Positions 21,486 through 31,064 of a DNA stretch of 64,000 bases are shown here, in pieces. Positions within the stretch are counted from its first letter, which is position 1. The number at the start of each line of letters is the position of its first letter. Source of the DNA: an uncultured Pseudomonadota bacterium (GTDB lineage Bacteria > Pseudomonadota > Alphaproteobacteria > Rhizobiales > Xanthobacteraceae); NCBI GenBank assembly GCA_963771225.1, contig CAVYSR010000024.1, positions 101,181 through 165,180 of the forward strand, read 5' to 3'. Below the pieces are notes generated by a model that was not told the origin of the DNA, did no database searches, and saw only the letters and a list, made by a program, of their open reading frames with translations. Position numbers and translations under genes: made by a program.

Positions 21486-21917
21486 ATGCCAGCCTCATAC
21501 GATCACCACTGGTCTATTTTCAAGGTTTGGAAAGTTTGGAAAGCATCCTGCTTGGGCTTCGTTGATTCGGATGTTTGTGGCGAATACGAACTGAAGCGCA
21601 GAGCCGATTACTTGGGTATTCCTGTTGCCCAGCTACGTTGGGTTTCGAGTTATAGACCCGACCCAATCAGTCTCTTGGAGCGCCGCATGGAAGCGCTTTT
21701 GCTCAATCCGGACGAAGTCGCACACATCGAGCCCTTATCGGTCCGGGAACTTCGGCATCGTTGCGTAAAGTGCGAGAAGCGTAAACAGTGCGCGTTAGAT
21801 CTCGCAGACGAATTCGCCGATCCCGGCTGGCAGTCTTGGCGGGATTACTGCCCGAATGCCGCGACACTCACGATGCTAAGCACCTTCCAAAGTTGCTCGA
21901 AAATTTGCTCATTGTAA
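21486..21917 (+). CDS. DUF6455-like four-Cys protein
   Basis: CVKCEKRKQC...WRDYCPNA; GGAGGAGG RBS. Confidence 0.75.
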   Translation: MPASYDHHWSIFKVWKVWKASCLGFVDSDVCGEYELKRRADYLGIPVAQLRWVSSYRPDPISLLERRMEALLLNPDEVAHIEPLSVRELRHRCVKCEKRKQCALDLADEFADPGWQSWRDYCPNAATLTMLSTFQSCSKICSL

Positions 21918-22149
21918 GCTGTACGCGCATCTTTGCCGATCGATCTTGCATGCGGTCCGCAAGAGGGTACCGAGACGGCCGCGTGAGGGACCAAAAATCT
22001 TTGCCAGCGAATTGTTCCGGCGCTAGCAGCGACGCGAATTATAACCATTCGCAATGGTCTCTCAGCGCCGAGGCACCAGCCACATTTGGATAAGTGGCGC
22101 GAGATATCTTCAGTTTTCGATCCCATGCCCTTGGGCAAATGTTTTGGCT

Positions 22150-22460
22150 ATTATGCCTTCTGGCCTAGTGAGTTGATGGTCGCTGCGTTGCCGCAATATT
22201 CCTCGTAGTGCTGACCGGATGTTCCGGCGGCGATTTCGTGATCGCACTGGCGCTTGTGTTGGCGAGACGCGTAGACGGGCTCCAGTCTCAAAGAACCAGC
22301 GGCGGCGTGCGTGCGATGGCCTTGTCGTCGATGCCGAGAGCCGAGAACAATTTCGGCAGTTCTTCGATCGCATGCGAGCCTCGGCGAACGAGCGTATACC
22401 CGGCGACATCCGCCGCCAGCACCGCTGCCAATCGTCGTTCCACCCGCTCGCTAGTCAAAA
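22150..22460 (-). pseudogene. Chimeric debris: adenylate cyclase N-terminal fragment joined to a DUF6455-like 3' remnant
   Basis: ERRLAAVLAADVAGY followed by EELPKLFSALGIDD...HKRQCDHEIAAGTSGQHYEEYCGNAATI. Confidence 0.6.
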
Positions 22461-22659
22461 GAATGCCCACGAATGGTAGTTCCGGCCCCACGCATGAAAG
22501 CATATCAGGCCGCTGCTGGACTAGGGGCGACTTCCGAAGTGGGTCAAAACCGGTCCTGACGAACCTGAAATGGGACTTCCGAAATACACCCGGAAAGCAG
22601 ACATTTTCAGTGCCCGTCAACATGTCTCAAACGTGCCAGCAGCCGACTTTTTCCTAGCG

Positions 22660-22870
22660 TGGGTTTCTTCCTGGTGAACGCAACCACCGAGCGGCTGCGC
22701 AAAATTGCCGAACTTATTGATCGTGGTGAACTGAAACACACGTCGGCGCGGTCCTTCCTCTCGCCTATGCGCGAGACGCCCACATGATGTTGGAAGGCCG
22801 ACGGCCGCTGCCGAGAGGAAAGATCATTCTCAACGTAGAAGCCGGGGGCGAAGTGACTTCAGCCGCGTGA
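22660..22870 (+). pseudogene. 3' fragment of an NADP-dependent (MDR/quinone) oxidoreductase
   Basis: LRKIAELIDRGELK...VLPLAYARDAHMMLEG...PRGKIILNV. Confidence 0.6.
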
Positions 22871-23020
22871 ATACGCGGTGATCCTTAGCTTCATTGCAAG
22901 CAGGCGTCGAGAACGGCGTCGGCCCGCCGCGCGATCGATGGCACACGGTCGACGAACGAGATCAGTGCGCCTTCGATACTGCGTCTTGATCGCAGTGATG
23001 GCCATGTCCGAGTTGGGTCT

Positions 23021-23178
23021 TGGCTGTGCAAAAACGCGAAGAGGCTCAAACGCGATAGAATAAGTTATTCGTCCAAGACCGCTTTAGTCGCCCAACATGC
23101 AATCCAATTCAACTTAGAAGTCGAACTGAAAAATATCATTCTCGTCGCGTTTCGATATTTTGAGTTTTTACACAGCCA
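23021..23178. mobile_element. MITE-like element with terminal inverted repeats
   Basis: TGGCTGTGCAAAAACGC ... GAGTTTTTACACAGCCA, AT-rich non-coding interior, GGGTC on both flanks. Confidence 0.65.
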
Positions 23179-23380
23179 GGGTCAAAAACAGACTTGTCTG
23201 CCGGTCGGGTTGATGCCTGCTTTGCCCCCGGTGAACGGACATCGAACCCGTTCGAAGGTGGTTTTATGAGCGAGCTTCTCGGCTGGCTCAAGATACACGG
23301 CTTAGGTAAAATGAGCAGATTGTTCGGATTAACGATGCCTAACCGGTGACACATGCTCTCCTCGCCTGTAACCGAGGAGT

Positions 23381-24022
23381 ATGATCATGCTGGATCAAAT
23401 GAATGCTGTCCCGACGCCCCATAAACGGATGCCCTGGAACAAGGGCAAGCTGACCGGGGCAAAGCGGCCGCTGCGACCAAAACACGTCTGGTCAATCCGA
23501 ACAAAACTTCAGATTGAGGGCCGCGTTCGCGACCTCGCCATGTTTCAATCTGGCAATCGACAGTAAACTTCGAGGGTGTGATGTCGTGGCGATCCGGGTC
23601 GAGGATGTCGCTGCCGATGGCTACGCGGCGGACCGCGCAACCGTCCGACAAAAGAAAACTGGACGGCCTGTTAGGTTCGAATTGAGCGAACAGACCCGCC
23701 AGGCCATCGATGATTATCTGAGGGCTGCCACAAGACGACTGGCGAGTTCTTGTTCGCGGGTCGTCGCGGTGCGAACGCCAGCATGACCACCCGCCAATAT
23801 GCGCGGCTCGTTTCCGAGTGGATCGGCAGCATCGGGCTGGACCCGAGGCTTTTTGGGACGCATTCGCTTCGACGCACAAAGGCGACCCTGATCTATCGGC
23901 GGACGGGAAATCTCAGGGCCGTCCAGCTCCTGCTCGGGCATACGAAGATCGAAAGCACGGTCAGGTATCTCGGCATCGAGGTCGATGACGCCTTGGAAAT
24001 AGCGGAACAAGTTGATGTCTGA
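23381..24022 (+). pseudogene. Tyrosine recombinase/integrase, two frameshifts
   Basis: PWNKGKL...FNLAIDSKLRGCD...HSLRRTKATLIYRRTGNLRAVQLLLGHTKIESTVRYLG across three frames. Confidence 0.85.
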
Positions 24023-24313
24023 AATACCGGGGGGCCGAGCGGACACGCTCTGCCCGAACCGTAACCGCCGGTTTTTGCCGCCATGGAGAGACATAGCCCT
24101 CATTCGATTGCAGTCGGCTAACTTAAGACAAAGATCAACGAATTTGCTACCTATATGCAGCCTGCAATAATGGACTAACAGTCGGCGTCAGCAGCCTATT
24201 GAAATCAATAGAGAAAAAGTTTCGAATAGAAATTTCCCTCTCCCCTTGTGGGAGAGGTGAAGTGAGCCGGCGTCGCATGGCCTGCCAGGTTCGACGTCGT
24301 CGTTTCGTAGACG

Positions 24314-24556
24314 TTAGAACGCCCACCGACGGCAAACGCCGCGACGCCAAACCACACACCTGCGCATGTGTCGGCGTGCTTGACGAATCGTCGATCTGGC
24401 GACACAGACGCCGGCAACTCTTGTCCTGAAGGGACCACAGCCAAAGGCGACTTGGGTTACAAGACCATCCGGCTGGTGAACCGGCGCAGCCGGCATCGCC
24501 TGCGCCGACGTTGTGAGAGCCAGAGCGAGGGCGGCAATGGCGATTAATCTGATCAT
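24314..24556 (-). CDS. Small secreted Cys/Arg-rich protein (GCG_CRPN-like)
   Basis: Signal ...SAQAMP, VTQVAFGCGPFRTRVAGVCV...CVVWRRGVC. Confidence 0.7.
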   Translation of the reverse strand: MIRLIAIAALALALTTSAQAMPAAPVHQPDGLVTQVAFGCGPFRTRVAGVCVARSTIRQARRHMRRCVVWRRGVCRRWAF

Positions 24557-24756
24557 CAGCTTTCTCCCATGCTTTGCGGCGATAACATTTTGAAGCAACT
24601 TGATGCCTGATGGCCGCTTTCGGTGAGTTGGTCTGTACCGCTCCTGAGCTTAGCCGGAACCCTGATGCAAGTAATGTGCAGTTTGTGCCAAAGTGGACTT
24701 CATCGCGCGTCGGGCATCATTTCGTCGCGCGCTTTTGACCGACACACGAAAATCCC

Positions 24757-24831
24757 GGACGCATTGCCCAGCGGGAGAGCGCTCCCTTCACACAAGAGAG
24801 GTCCAAGGTTCGATCCCTTGTGCGTTCACCA
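24757..24831 (+). tRNA. tRNA-Val(CAC), degenerate (possible pseudo-tRNA)
   Basis: GGACGCA/TGCGTTC acceptor stem, CAAGG-TTCGATC-CCTTG T arm, encoded CCA; one C-A mismatch in the D stem and two in the anticodon stem. Confidence 0.75.
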
Positions 24832-24860
24832 CCCAGCCCTTCAAGCGCGATCGTTTCGGG

Positions 24861-26273
24861 CTATTTTGCCGCTGCTGCGAGGCTTCTGAAATCCACGTCC
24901 GATGCCGCGGCGAGATAAATGAAGGCCGACCATATCGCGACCGCCTGGTCGAGCTGTCTTGGATCGATCTTGTCGAGCGTGTCGTCCGCGGTGTGATGGG
25001 TGTCGAAATAATCCAGTCCATCCTGTTGCAGTGATACCACCGGCACGCCGGCCTTCTGCAGCTCCCGGATGTCGCTTCCGCCGCCGAGGGCGGGCCGGCG
25101 ATCGAGGTTGGCGCCGAGCGGGGCAATCGTCCGATCCAGCATGCGGCCGAAATCACTGCCGGCGGCGCCGGCGGGAAGCTGCACGGAATAGACATTGCGC
25201 GCGCCGAAATCCGCCTCGCCGGCCACCACGATCTTGCCGGCTTCGCCTTCGTGGGCTTTGGCATAGGCGGCACCGCTGAAATTCATCTCCTCGGCGCCGA
25301 ACAGGACGACCCGGATGGTGCGGCTGGGATGCTGCGGGAGGCCTCCGATCAGCCGGGCGGCGCCGAACACAATGGCCATGCCGGCGCCATCATCGGTGGC
25401 GCCGGTGCCAAGATCCCAGGAATCAAGATGTCCGCCGACGAGAACGATCTCATCGGCGTGCTCGCTGCCCTTGATCTCGCCGACCACGTTCCACGACGGC
25501 GCGTTGTCGTGAACCGTCGGTGTCAGCAGCAGCCGGATCCTGACCGGACCCTGCGCCGCCAGCCGCTCGAGCTGCTCGGCGTCGGGGATCGCCAGCGCCG
25601 CCGCCGGAATCCGCGGCGCGCCGTCTTCGTAATTGAGCGCCCCGGTATGGGGCAGGCGATGGTTATCGGTGCCAAGCGAGCGCAGCAGATAGGCGACCGC
25701 GCCGCGCTTGGCGGCCTCGGAGGGACCGCGACGCCGGATCGGGTTGGCGGCGCCATAGCCGCTGCCGTCCTCTGCCCGCACCATGCGCTGGGTCACGACG
25801 GCGATTTTGCCGTTGAGCGATCCTGGAGCTGCGCTAAGCAACTCGTCGTAGGTCCGGAACAGCGCTATCTCGGCCTCGATGCCATTGGCATCGGTCGCCA
25901 CCGATCCGCCCAATGCGGTCACCGCCAGATGCTGCGGTACGGCGCCTGTGATCTCCGCGGTTTCGGCGCCGCGGATCCAGGCGGGCAAGGTAAACGGTTC
26001 GGAGTGCACATTCTCGAAGCCCGCTGCTTTCAGCCTGGCCTCGGCCCATGCGACCGCCCGCCGGTGGGCCTCGGTGCCGGCCAGGCGCTGTCCGATCTCG
26101 GTGGTCAGCGATGCCACGAAATCGAAGGCGGCGGGATCGTTGAGCGCTCGCTGTCCGAGGCTCGATGCGGTGACGACCAGCGAATTCGAAGGCGGCGCGT
26201 CCGCGGCACTCGTCGCGTTGGCGCTTGCCGCAAGCACCATCGCAGCGACAACAATGCGCAAGACGTTGCTCAT
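24861..26273 (-). CDS. Secreted M28 family peptidase (carboxypeptidase Q-like)
   Basis: GGHLDSWDLGTGATDDGAG, FGAEE, HHTADDT motifs; signal peptide. Confidence 0.92.
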   Translation of the reverse strand: MSNVLRIVVAAMVLAASANATSAADAPPSNSLVVTASSLGQRALNDPAAFDFVASLTTEIGQRLAGTEAHRRAVAWAEARLKAAGFENVHSEPFTLPAWIRGAETAEITGAVPQHLAVTALGGSVATDANGIEAEIALFRTYDELLSAAPGSLNGKIAVVTQRMVRAEDGSGYGAANPIRRRGPSEAAKRGAVAYLLRSLGTDNHRLPHTGALNYEDGAPRIPAAALAIPDAEQLERLAAQGPVRIRLLLTPTVHDNAPSWNVVGEIKGSEHADEIVLVGGHLDSWDLGTGATDDGAGMAIVFGAARLIGGLPQHPSRTIRVVLFGAEEMNFSGAAYAKAHEGEAGKIVVAGEADFGARNVYSVQLPAGAAGSDFGRMLDRTIAPLGANLDRRPALGGGSDIRELQKAGVPVVSLQQDGLDYFDTHHTADDTLDKIDPRQLDQAVAIWSAFIYLAAASDVDFRSLAAAAK

Positions 26274-26325
26274 CCAATTGCTCCTTCGCCCATTTATCAT
26301 GGTCTAGCGCAATTTCCACCTGGCT

Positions 26326-26434
26326 TCATCCTTCGAGACGCCCGCAAGAGCGGGCTCCTCAGGATGAGGTCTTGTCAGGATAAGGTCTCAGACCTCATGG
26401 TGAGGAGCGCATCTTCGCGCGTCTCGAACCATGA
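26326..26434. repeat. REP/RIME-like inverted pair of palindromic units
   Basis: TCATCCTTCGAGACG...CTCCTCAGGATGAGG and CCTCATGGTGAGGAG...CGTCTCGAACCATGA; same family at 54882-54976. Confidence 0.8.
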
Positions 26435-26573
26435 TCGCAATCCCGCCGGTCTGCTCCTCTCCTCAAAGCTGACGTCGGGCAACGGGGTTGATATTTTCGG
26501 AGCGGTCTACAGATTACCTGCGTCTGCTTCGATACAGTCAAATGGTCCGAAAAAGGATTGAACCACGAGCAAG

Positions 26574-28182
26574 ATGCCAAGCGAGCTTGCAGGCTTTAGT
26601 CGGCGCGATCTGCTGTCCCTGATCGGAGCGGTTTCCGGCAGCGCAGCGATGTATCATGCGATGACCAGTCTGGGGTTTGCCTCTGATTCCGGATACAAAG
26701 GTCCGATCAGGCTCGATGGCGATCCCAAGGGCGCATCCGTCCTGATCCTCGGCGCGGGACTTGCCGGCATGACGGCGGCTCTCGAGCTACGCAAGGCCGG
26801 CTACAAGGTCCGGATCCTGGAATTCAACAGCCGACCGGGGGGACGCAACTGGACCCTGCGGGGAGGAGATTCGTTCATCGAACTCGGCGGGTTCAAGCAG
26901 ACCTGCGAATTCGAGCAGGGCCTCTATATCAATCCGGGCCCATGGCGAATTCCCTATCACCATCGCGCGGTGCTCGATTACTGCAAACGCCTGGGTGTCA
27001 CGCTCGAGCCCTTCATCCAGCTTAATCATAACGCGTTTCTGCACGCGACCAAGGCATTCGGAGGCGTTCCGCAGCGCATTCGTGACGTCAAGACCGACTT
27101 CCAGGGCCAAATTTCGGAATTGCTCGCCAAGGTCACGCAACAGGGCAAACTCGACGAAGCGGTATCGAAAGAGGATCGCGAGATCCTGTTGCAGGCGCTG
27201 AAGTCATGGGGCGCGCTGGATGGCAACTACGCTTACAAGGCCAATCTCGTTTCCGCTGATTTTCGCGGTTACGCCAAGTATCCGGGCGGTGGCCTGGGTG
27301 CTGCGCCAATCCCGGGCGAAGTGATCAATCTATCGGATATCCTCAAATCGCGAGTCTGGCGCTATCTGCAGTATTTTTCGCTGCATACGTTCCAGAGCAC
27401 GATGTTTCAGCCGGTCGGCGGCATGGACGCGATCGGCAAGGCGTTTGCGAAAGAAGTCGGCGACATCATTCAGTACGACGCCAAGGTGACGCGGATACAA
27501 CAGGACGACCGCGGCGTCACGGTCACCTATACAAACCCCAAGGCTCCGGCGACGGCTCCGGCGACACTGCAACAGGCCAAGGCCGACTGGTGCGTGTGCA
27601 CGATCCCGCTCTCGATTTTGAGCCAGCTTCCGGTCGACGTCGGCACTCCCATGAAGGCGGCCATTGACGCGGTGCCATATTCGGGATCGATCAAGATCGG
27701 CTTGCAATTCAAGCGCCGCTTCTGGGAAGAGGACGATGCGATCTACGGCGGCATCAGCCTGACCGATCTGCCGATCCAGCAAATCGCCTATCCCAACACC
27801 GGGTTCAATGGCACCGGCAGGGGTGTGCTGTTGGGCGCATATCTGTTCGGCGGGCCGAACGCCTACGAATTCACGTCGATGCTACCTGCCGAACGAGTAG
27901 CCCGCGCGGTCGAACTGGGTGCCAACGTTCACCCGCAATACCGGGCCGAATTCGAGAACGGCGTGGCCGTGGCGTGGCATCGCATACCCTTTACATTGGG
28001 ATGCGCCGGCAGCTGGAGCGACCGAGCGAGGGCGGAGCACTACGACAACCTTTGCCAGATCGACGGCCAGACTCGTGTTGGCCGGCGAGCACGCATCCTG
28101 CATTCCGGCATGGCAGGAGGGCGCTATTCTGTCGTCCCTTGACGCGATCACCCGGCTGCACGATCGCGTCCTCAAAACGTAA
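26574..28182 (+). CDS. Tat-exported flavin monoamine/L-amino acid oxidase family protein, frameshift near 28067
   Basis: SRRDLL Tat motif, ILGAGLAG, RPGGR, GPWRIP; C-terminus LAGEH...WQEGA in the adjacent frame. Confidence 0.9.
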
Positions 28183-28221
28183 GATAGCGTCTTCAGAAAA
28201 GGATCCGGCGGCGTACCCCCG

Positions 28222-28659
28222 ATGATGCAGGTAAATTCGAGCCTTCGAACCATAAGCTTCATCGTGACGACGTTGGCGGCGTGTTTGCCGGTATCGTGCA
28301 TGGCCCAGGCCCAAGGCACCGGGCCCTCGGCATCCGAACCTGCGTTCAGCGCCGGTTTCGGATTCGTTGAGACAAGCGGCGAGCAATTGTTTGCCGATGT
28401 TTGTCGGGGCTGCCACATGTCCGACGGCAAGGGTGCCGTGGGCGCCGGAACCTATCCCTCCCTTGCGGGCGACAGAAATCTCGAAGTTAGCGGATATCCG
28501 GTTCACGTCGTCGTCAACGGACAGCGCGGAATGCCACCATTCGGATCGATGATGAGCAACGATCAGGTTGCGGCGGTCGTGAATTATCTGCGGACTCATT
28601 TCGACAACGGTTACCAGGATGCGGTGACGGCCGACGACGTGAAAGCGGCGCGTCGGTAA
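28222..28659 (+). CDS. Monohaem cytochrome c
   Basis: Signal peptide, CRGCH, GMPPF. Confidence 0.9.
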   Translation: MMQVNSSLRTISFIVTTLAACLPVSCMAQAQGTGPSASEPAFSAGFGFVETSGEQLFADVCRGCHMSDGKGAVGAGTYPSLAGDRNLEVSGYPVHVVVNGQRGMPPFGSMMSNDQVAAVVNYLRTHFDNGYQDAVTADDVKAARR

Positions 28660-28849
28660 ACCATCGGAACTTGCGGATCCGGATTTTCCTTCGCGGGTCA
28701 AACACTTTTCCAGACGAACGCAAAAACTTGCTGGGGAAAGCCGAAGCTGCCGCGGGATGGTAGATGGTTAGCAATTCGTTATCAGCCGCCGGCTGGTTTT
28801 CCTGTCACCGTTCACCCAGTTCTTAGATTTTGGCGGTAGAAGCGGCAGT

Positions 28850-29113
28850 ATGGAAGAGCGCCGTGCAAAACCTCGACAACGCGTTTTAAAAGCCGGAACC
28901 ATCGAGTTCGACGGCGGCAGCGTCGATTGCACCATTCGCAATATGTCCCCGATAGGGGCAGCGCTCGACGTCGCGAGCCCGGTAGGGATTCCGCACGAAA
29001 TCACGCTGAACATCATGAGCCGCCACGAACGTCAGAATTGCCATATCGTCTGGCGCAAGGAAAAGCGGATTGGCGTGGCCTTTGCCGATGGAAATTGGCA
29101 GGAAATTTCATGA
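28850..29113 (+). CDS. PilZ domain protein
   Basis: ERRAKPRQR and NMSPIGA (RxxxR, D/NxSxxG), IGVAF. Confidence 0.85.
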   Translation: MEERRAKPRQRVLKAGTIEFDGGSVDCTIRNMSPIGAALDVASPVGIPHEITLNIMSRHERQNCHIVWRKEKRIGVAFADGNWQEIS

Positions 29114-29361
29114 CTGACCGAATTAGAATTCAGTGTCCCAAATGCAGAAAGCCGTTCACCGAGCGAGCGCAGCGACTCCGCGAAGGCTATCAGATGCAGT
29201 GCCCGCATTGCATGAAGCTGCTTACCTTCGATAGCAGCTCGGAAGATCCAAATATCAGGCGTCCGCTCAAGGCGGCGCGGGATTTCCGGATTGCGGCAGA
29301 AACGGCGGTCGTTCTCGCCGGTATGGCGGCGCAAGCGGCGAAACGCGATTCGCAATTTTAG
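29110..29361 (+). CDS. Small zinc-ribbon protein
   Basis: CPKC...CPHC; ATGA overlap with the PilZ stop. Confidence 0.75.
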   Translation: MTDRIRIQCPKCRKPFTERAQRLREGYQMQCPHCMKLLTFDSSSEDPNIRRPLKAARDFRIAAETAVVLAGMAAQAAKRDSQF

Positions 29362-29394
29362 GCGAGCCCGCCGAAACGCCGGTCTGGCCCTCAC

Positions 29395-29574
29395 CTATTT
29401 CACCGACGCCCGCTCAATTTGCGCCATATCGTTGTGCTGAATGGTCTGCTCCCTGCGATTATTCCACTTTACCGTTAGACCGGCCCAATTCGTTTCGGTG
29501 ACAGTGCCCTGGTCGGCTTGATCGTTCTGCCAGCAAATGCGGTCGCCGACTTTCAGGAGTTCTTGATTGGTCAC
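29395..29574 (-). CDS. 59-aa SH3/Tudor-like microprotein (not in ORF track)
   Basis: MTNQELLKVGDRICWQNDQADQGTVTETNWAGLTVKWNN...; paralog of the adjacent ORF. Confidence 0.7.
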   Translation of the reverse strand: MTNQELLKVGDRICWQNDQADQGTVTETNWAGLTVKWNNRREQTIQHNDMAQIERASVK

Positions 29575-29577
29575 CGG

Positions 29578-29766
29578 TCATTTCTTTACCGCCAATAAAT
29601 CAACTCGCTTCATTTCGCGGTGGCCTGAAAAACTTCGGTGGCCGTCGTCCCATTTCAGGGTGACGTATTTCGCATTCGTCGCGGTGACCGTGCCGAGATC
29701 GGCCAAGTCGCCGTTAAAACAGACGCGAGCGCCGGGTTTGAGTTCGCGCGATTGTTCGGGTGTCAT
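29578..29766 (-). CDS. 62-aa SH3/Tudor-like microprotein
   Basis: LKPGARVCFNGDLADLGTVTATNAKYVTLKWDDG; GAGG RBS. Confidence 0.72.
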   Translation of the reverse strand: MTPEQSRELKPGARVCFNGDLADLGTVTATNAKYVTLKWDDGHRSFSGHREMKRVDLLAVKK

Positions 29767-29801
29767 TGTTGTTTGTCCTCACGCAACCGCACCTCAACAC
29801 C

Positions 29802-31064
29802 CTATTTCGGCGGTGCCGGTGGTCGAATGGCGACCTTGCGCCCGTCGGTCATGTCGACCTGCGGACTGAGGATGACCTGGTCGCCCTTGCTCACCCCGGC
29901 GTTCACCTCGACCGAGGTGCCGAGATCCCGCACCAGGCTGATTTTGCGGATATGGGCCATGCCGTCCTCGACCACGGCGACGCTCAGGCCATCGCGGTTG
30001 AAAATGATCGCTTCCGAGGGCACGATCAGCGATGGGCTCTTGCGCGGAATCTTGAGTTCGACCTTGCAGTACAGCCCGGGCGACAGCGCATGATCGGGGT
30101 TGGGCACGTCAATTTCGGTCAGCAGCGTTCGCGAGCCTGGCTGCAGCGCGTCTGCGATGCGGGTGACCGTCCCGGGAAACTCGCGGCCCGGCATTTCCGG
30201 CACCCGAACCACGGCCTTGGTGCCGGGAGTTACGCCGAAGGCGTCGTCCTGAGGCACATAAAGCTGAATGCGCATCACGTCGCTGTGCATCAGCTGAAAC
30301 AGAATGGTCCCGCTGGCCGCGTCCGCCTGCACCAGGCTGCCGACGTCGATATTCCGCTGCGTGATGACCCCGTCAAAGGGTGCGACCACGCTGAGATAGG
30401 TTTTCTGCTGATTGAGGACGCGCAGCTGCGCCTCCTGCGCGACGATATTGGCGGAGGCGACCGCGACCGCGGCGTCCCGCGCTTTCAGGGTGAGGCGATC
30501 GGTGTCGCCTTGTTGCGCCGTAAGCCAGCCTTGCTGAACCAGCTTGCCGTCGCGGTCCCAGGTCACCTGCGCCAGATCTTTATTGGCCTGCGCCTGCTGC
30601 AGGCTCGCCCTAAGCTGCGTGAGCGTGCCCTCGGCCTGCGCGATCTGGTGTTCGATTTCCGGGGCCGCGATCTCCACCAGCAACTCTCCGGCCTTGACCC
30701 GACTGCCGATATCGACGGTGCGCTTGGCGATGTAGCCGCTGGCCCGGGCGTAGAGATTGGCCTGCGCGAAGGCCTCGGTCGTTCCCGGCCATGTCACCGA
30801 CCTGAAATCCTCGCTGGCGCGTATCGCCGCGGTCCGGACCGACGGGACAAAGTCACGGCGCTGATCCGCCGTCGCCATCACTTCGGCGTGCAGGCTGTAA
30901 TGCTGCCAGAAACCGTAACCGAGCGCGCCGGCGAGCGCCAGCAGCACGACGATGCCCAGGATCAGCCGGCCGTTCGACCCCTTTGCCGGCGCCGGCATGA
31001 TGTCTCCATTGGGCGCTTCCTGCGCCGGTGTCCCCTCATGCGGGGGCGGGATGATCTGGTTCAT
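29802..31064 (-). CDS. RND efflux periplasmic adaptor (MFP)
   Basis: ARASGYI...VDIGSRVKAG, APFDGVIT, LSPGLY. Confidence 0.93.
   Translation of the reverse strand: MNQIIPPPHEGTPAQEAPNGDIMPAPAKGSNGRLILGIVVLLALAGALGYGFWQHYSLHAEVMATADQRRDFVPSVRTAAIRASEDFRSVTWPGTTEAFAQANLYARASGYIAKRTVDIGSRVKAGELLVEIAAPEIEHQIAQAEGTLTQLRASLQQAQANKDLAQVTWDRDGKLVQQGWLTAQQGDTDRLTLKARDAAVAVASANIVAQEAQLRVLNQQKTYLSVVAPFDGVITQRNIDVGSLVQADAASGTILFQLMHSDVMRIQLYVPQDDAFGVTPGTKAVVRVPEMPGREFPGTVTRIADALQPGSRTLLTEIDVPNPDHALSPGLYCKVELKIPRKSPSLIVPSEAIIFNRDGLSVAVVEDGMAHIRKISLVRDLGTSVEVNAGVSKGDQVILSPQVDMTDGRKVAIRPPAPPK

Noticed and set aside
23381-24022. Prophage
   Set aside because: Only a short broken recombinase; no phage structural or replication genes.
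24314-24556. Cys-rich small ORF as another RiPP precursor
   Set aside because: It has a Sec signal and a GCG_CRPN-like pattern common in rhizobia, and no modifying enzyme is nearby.
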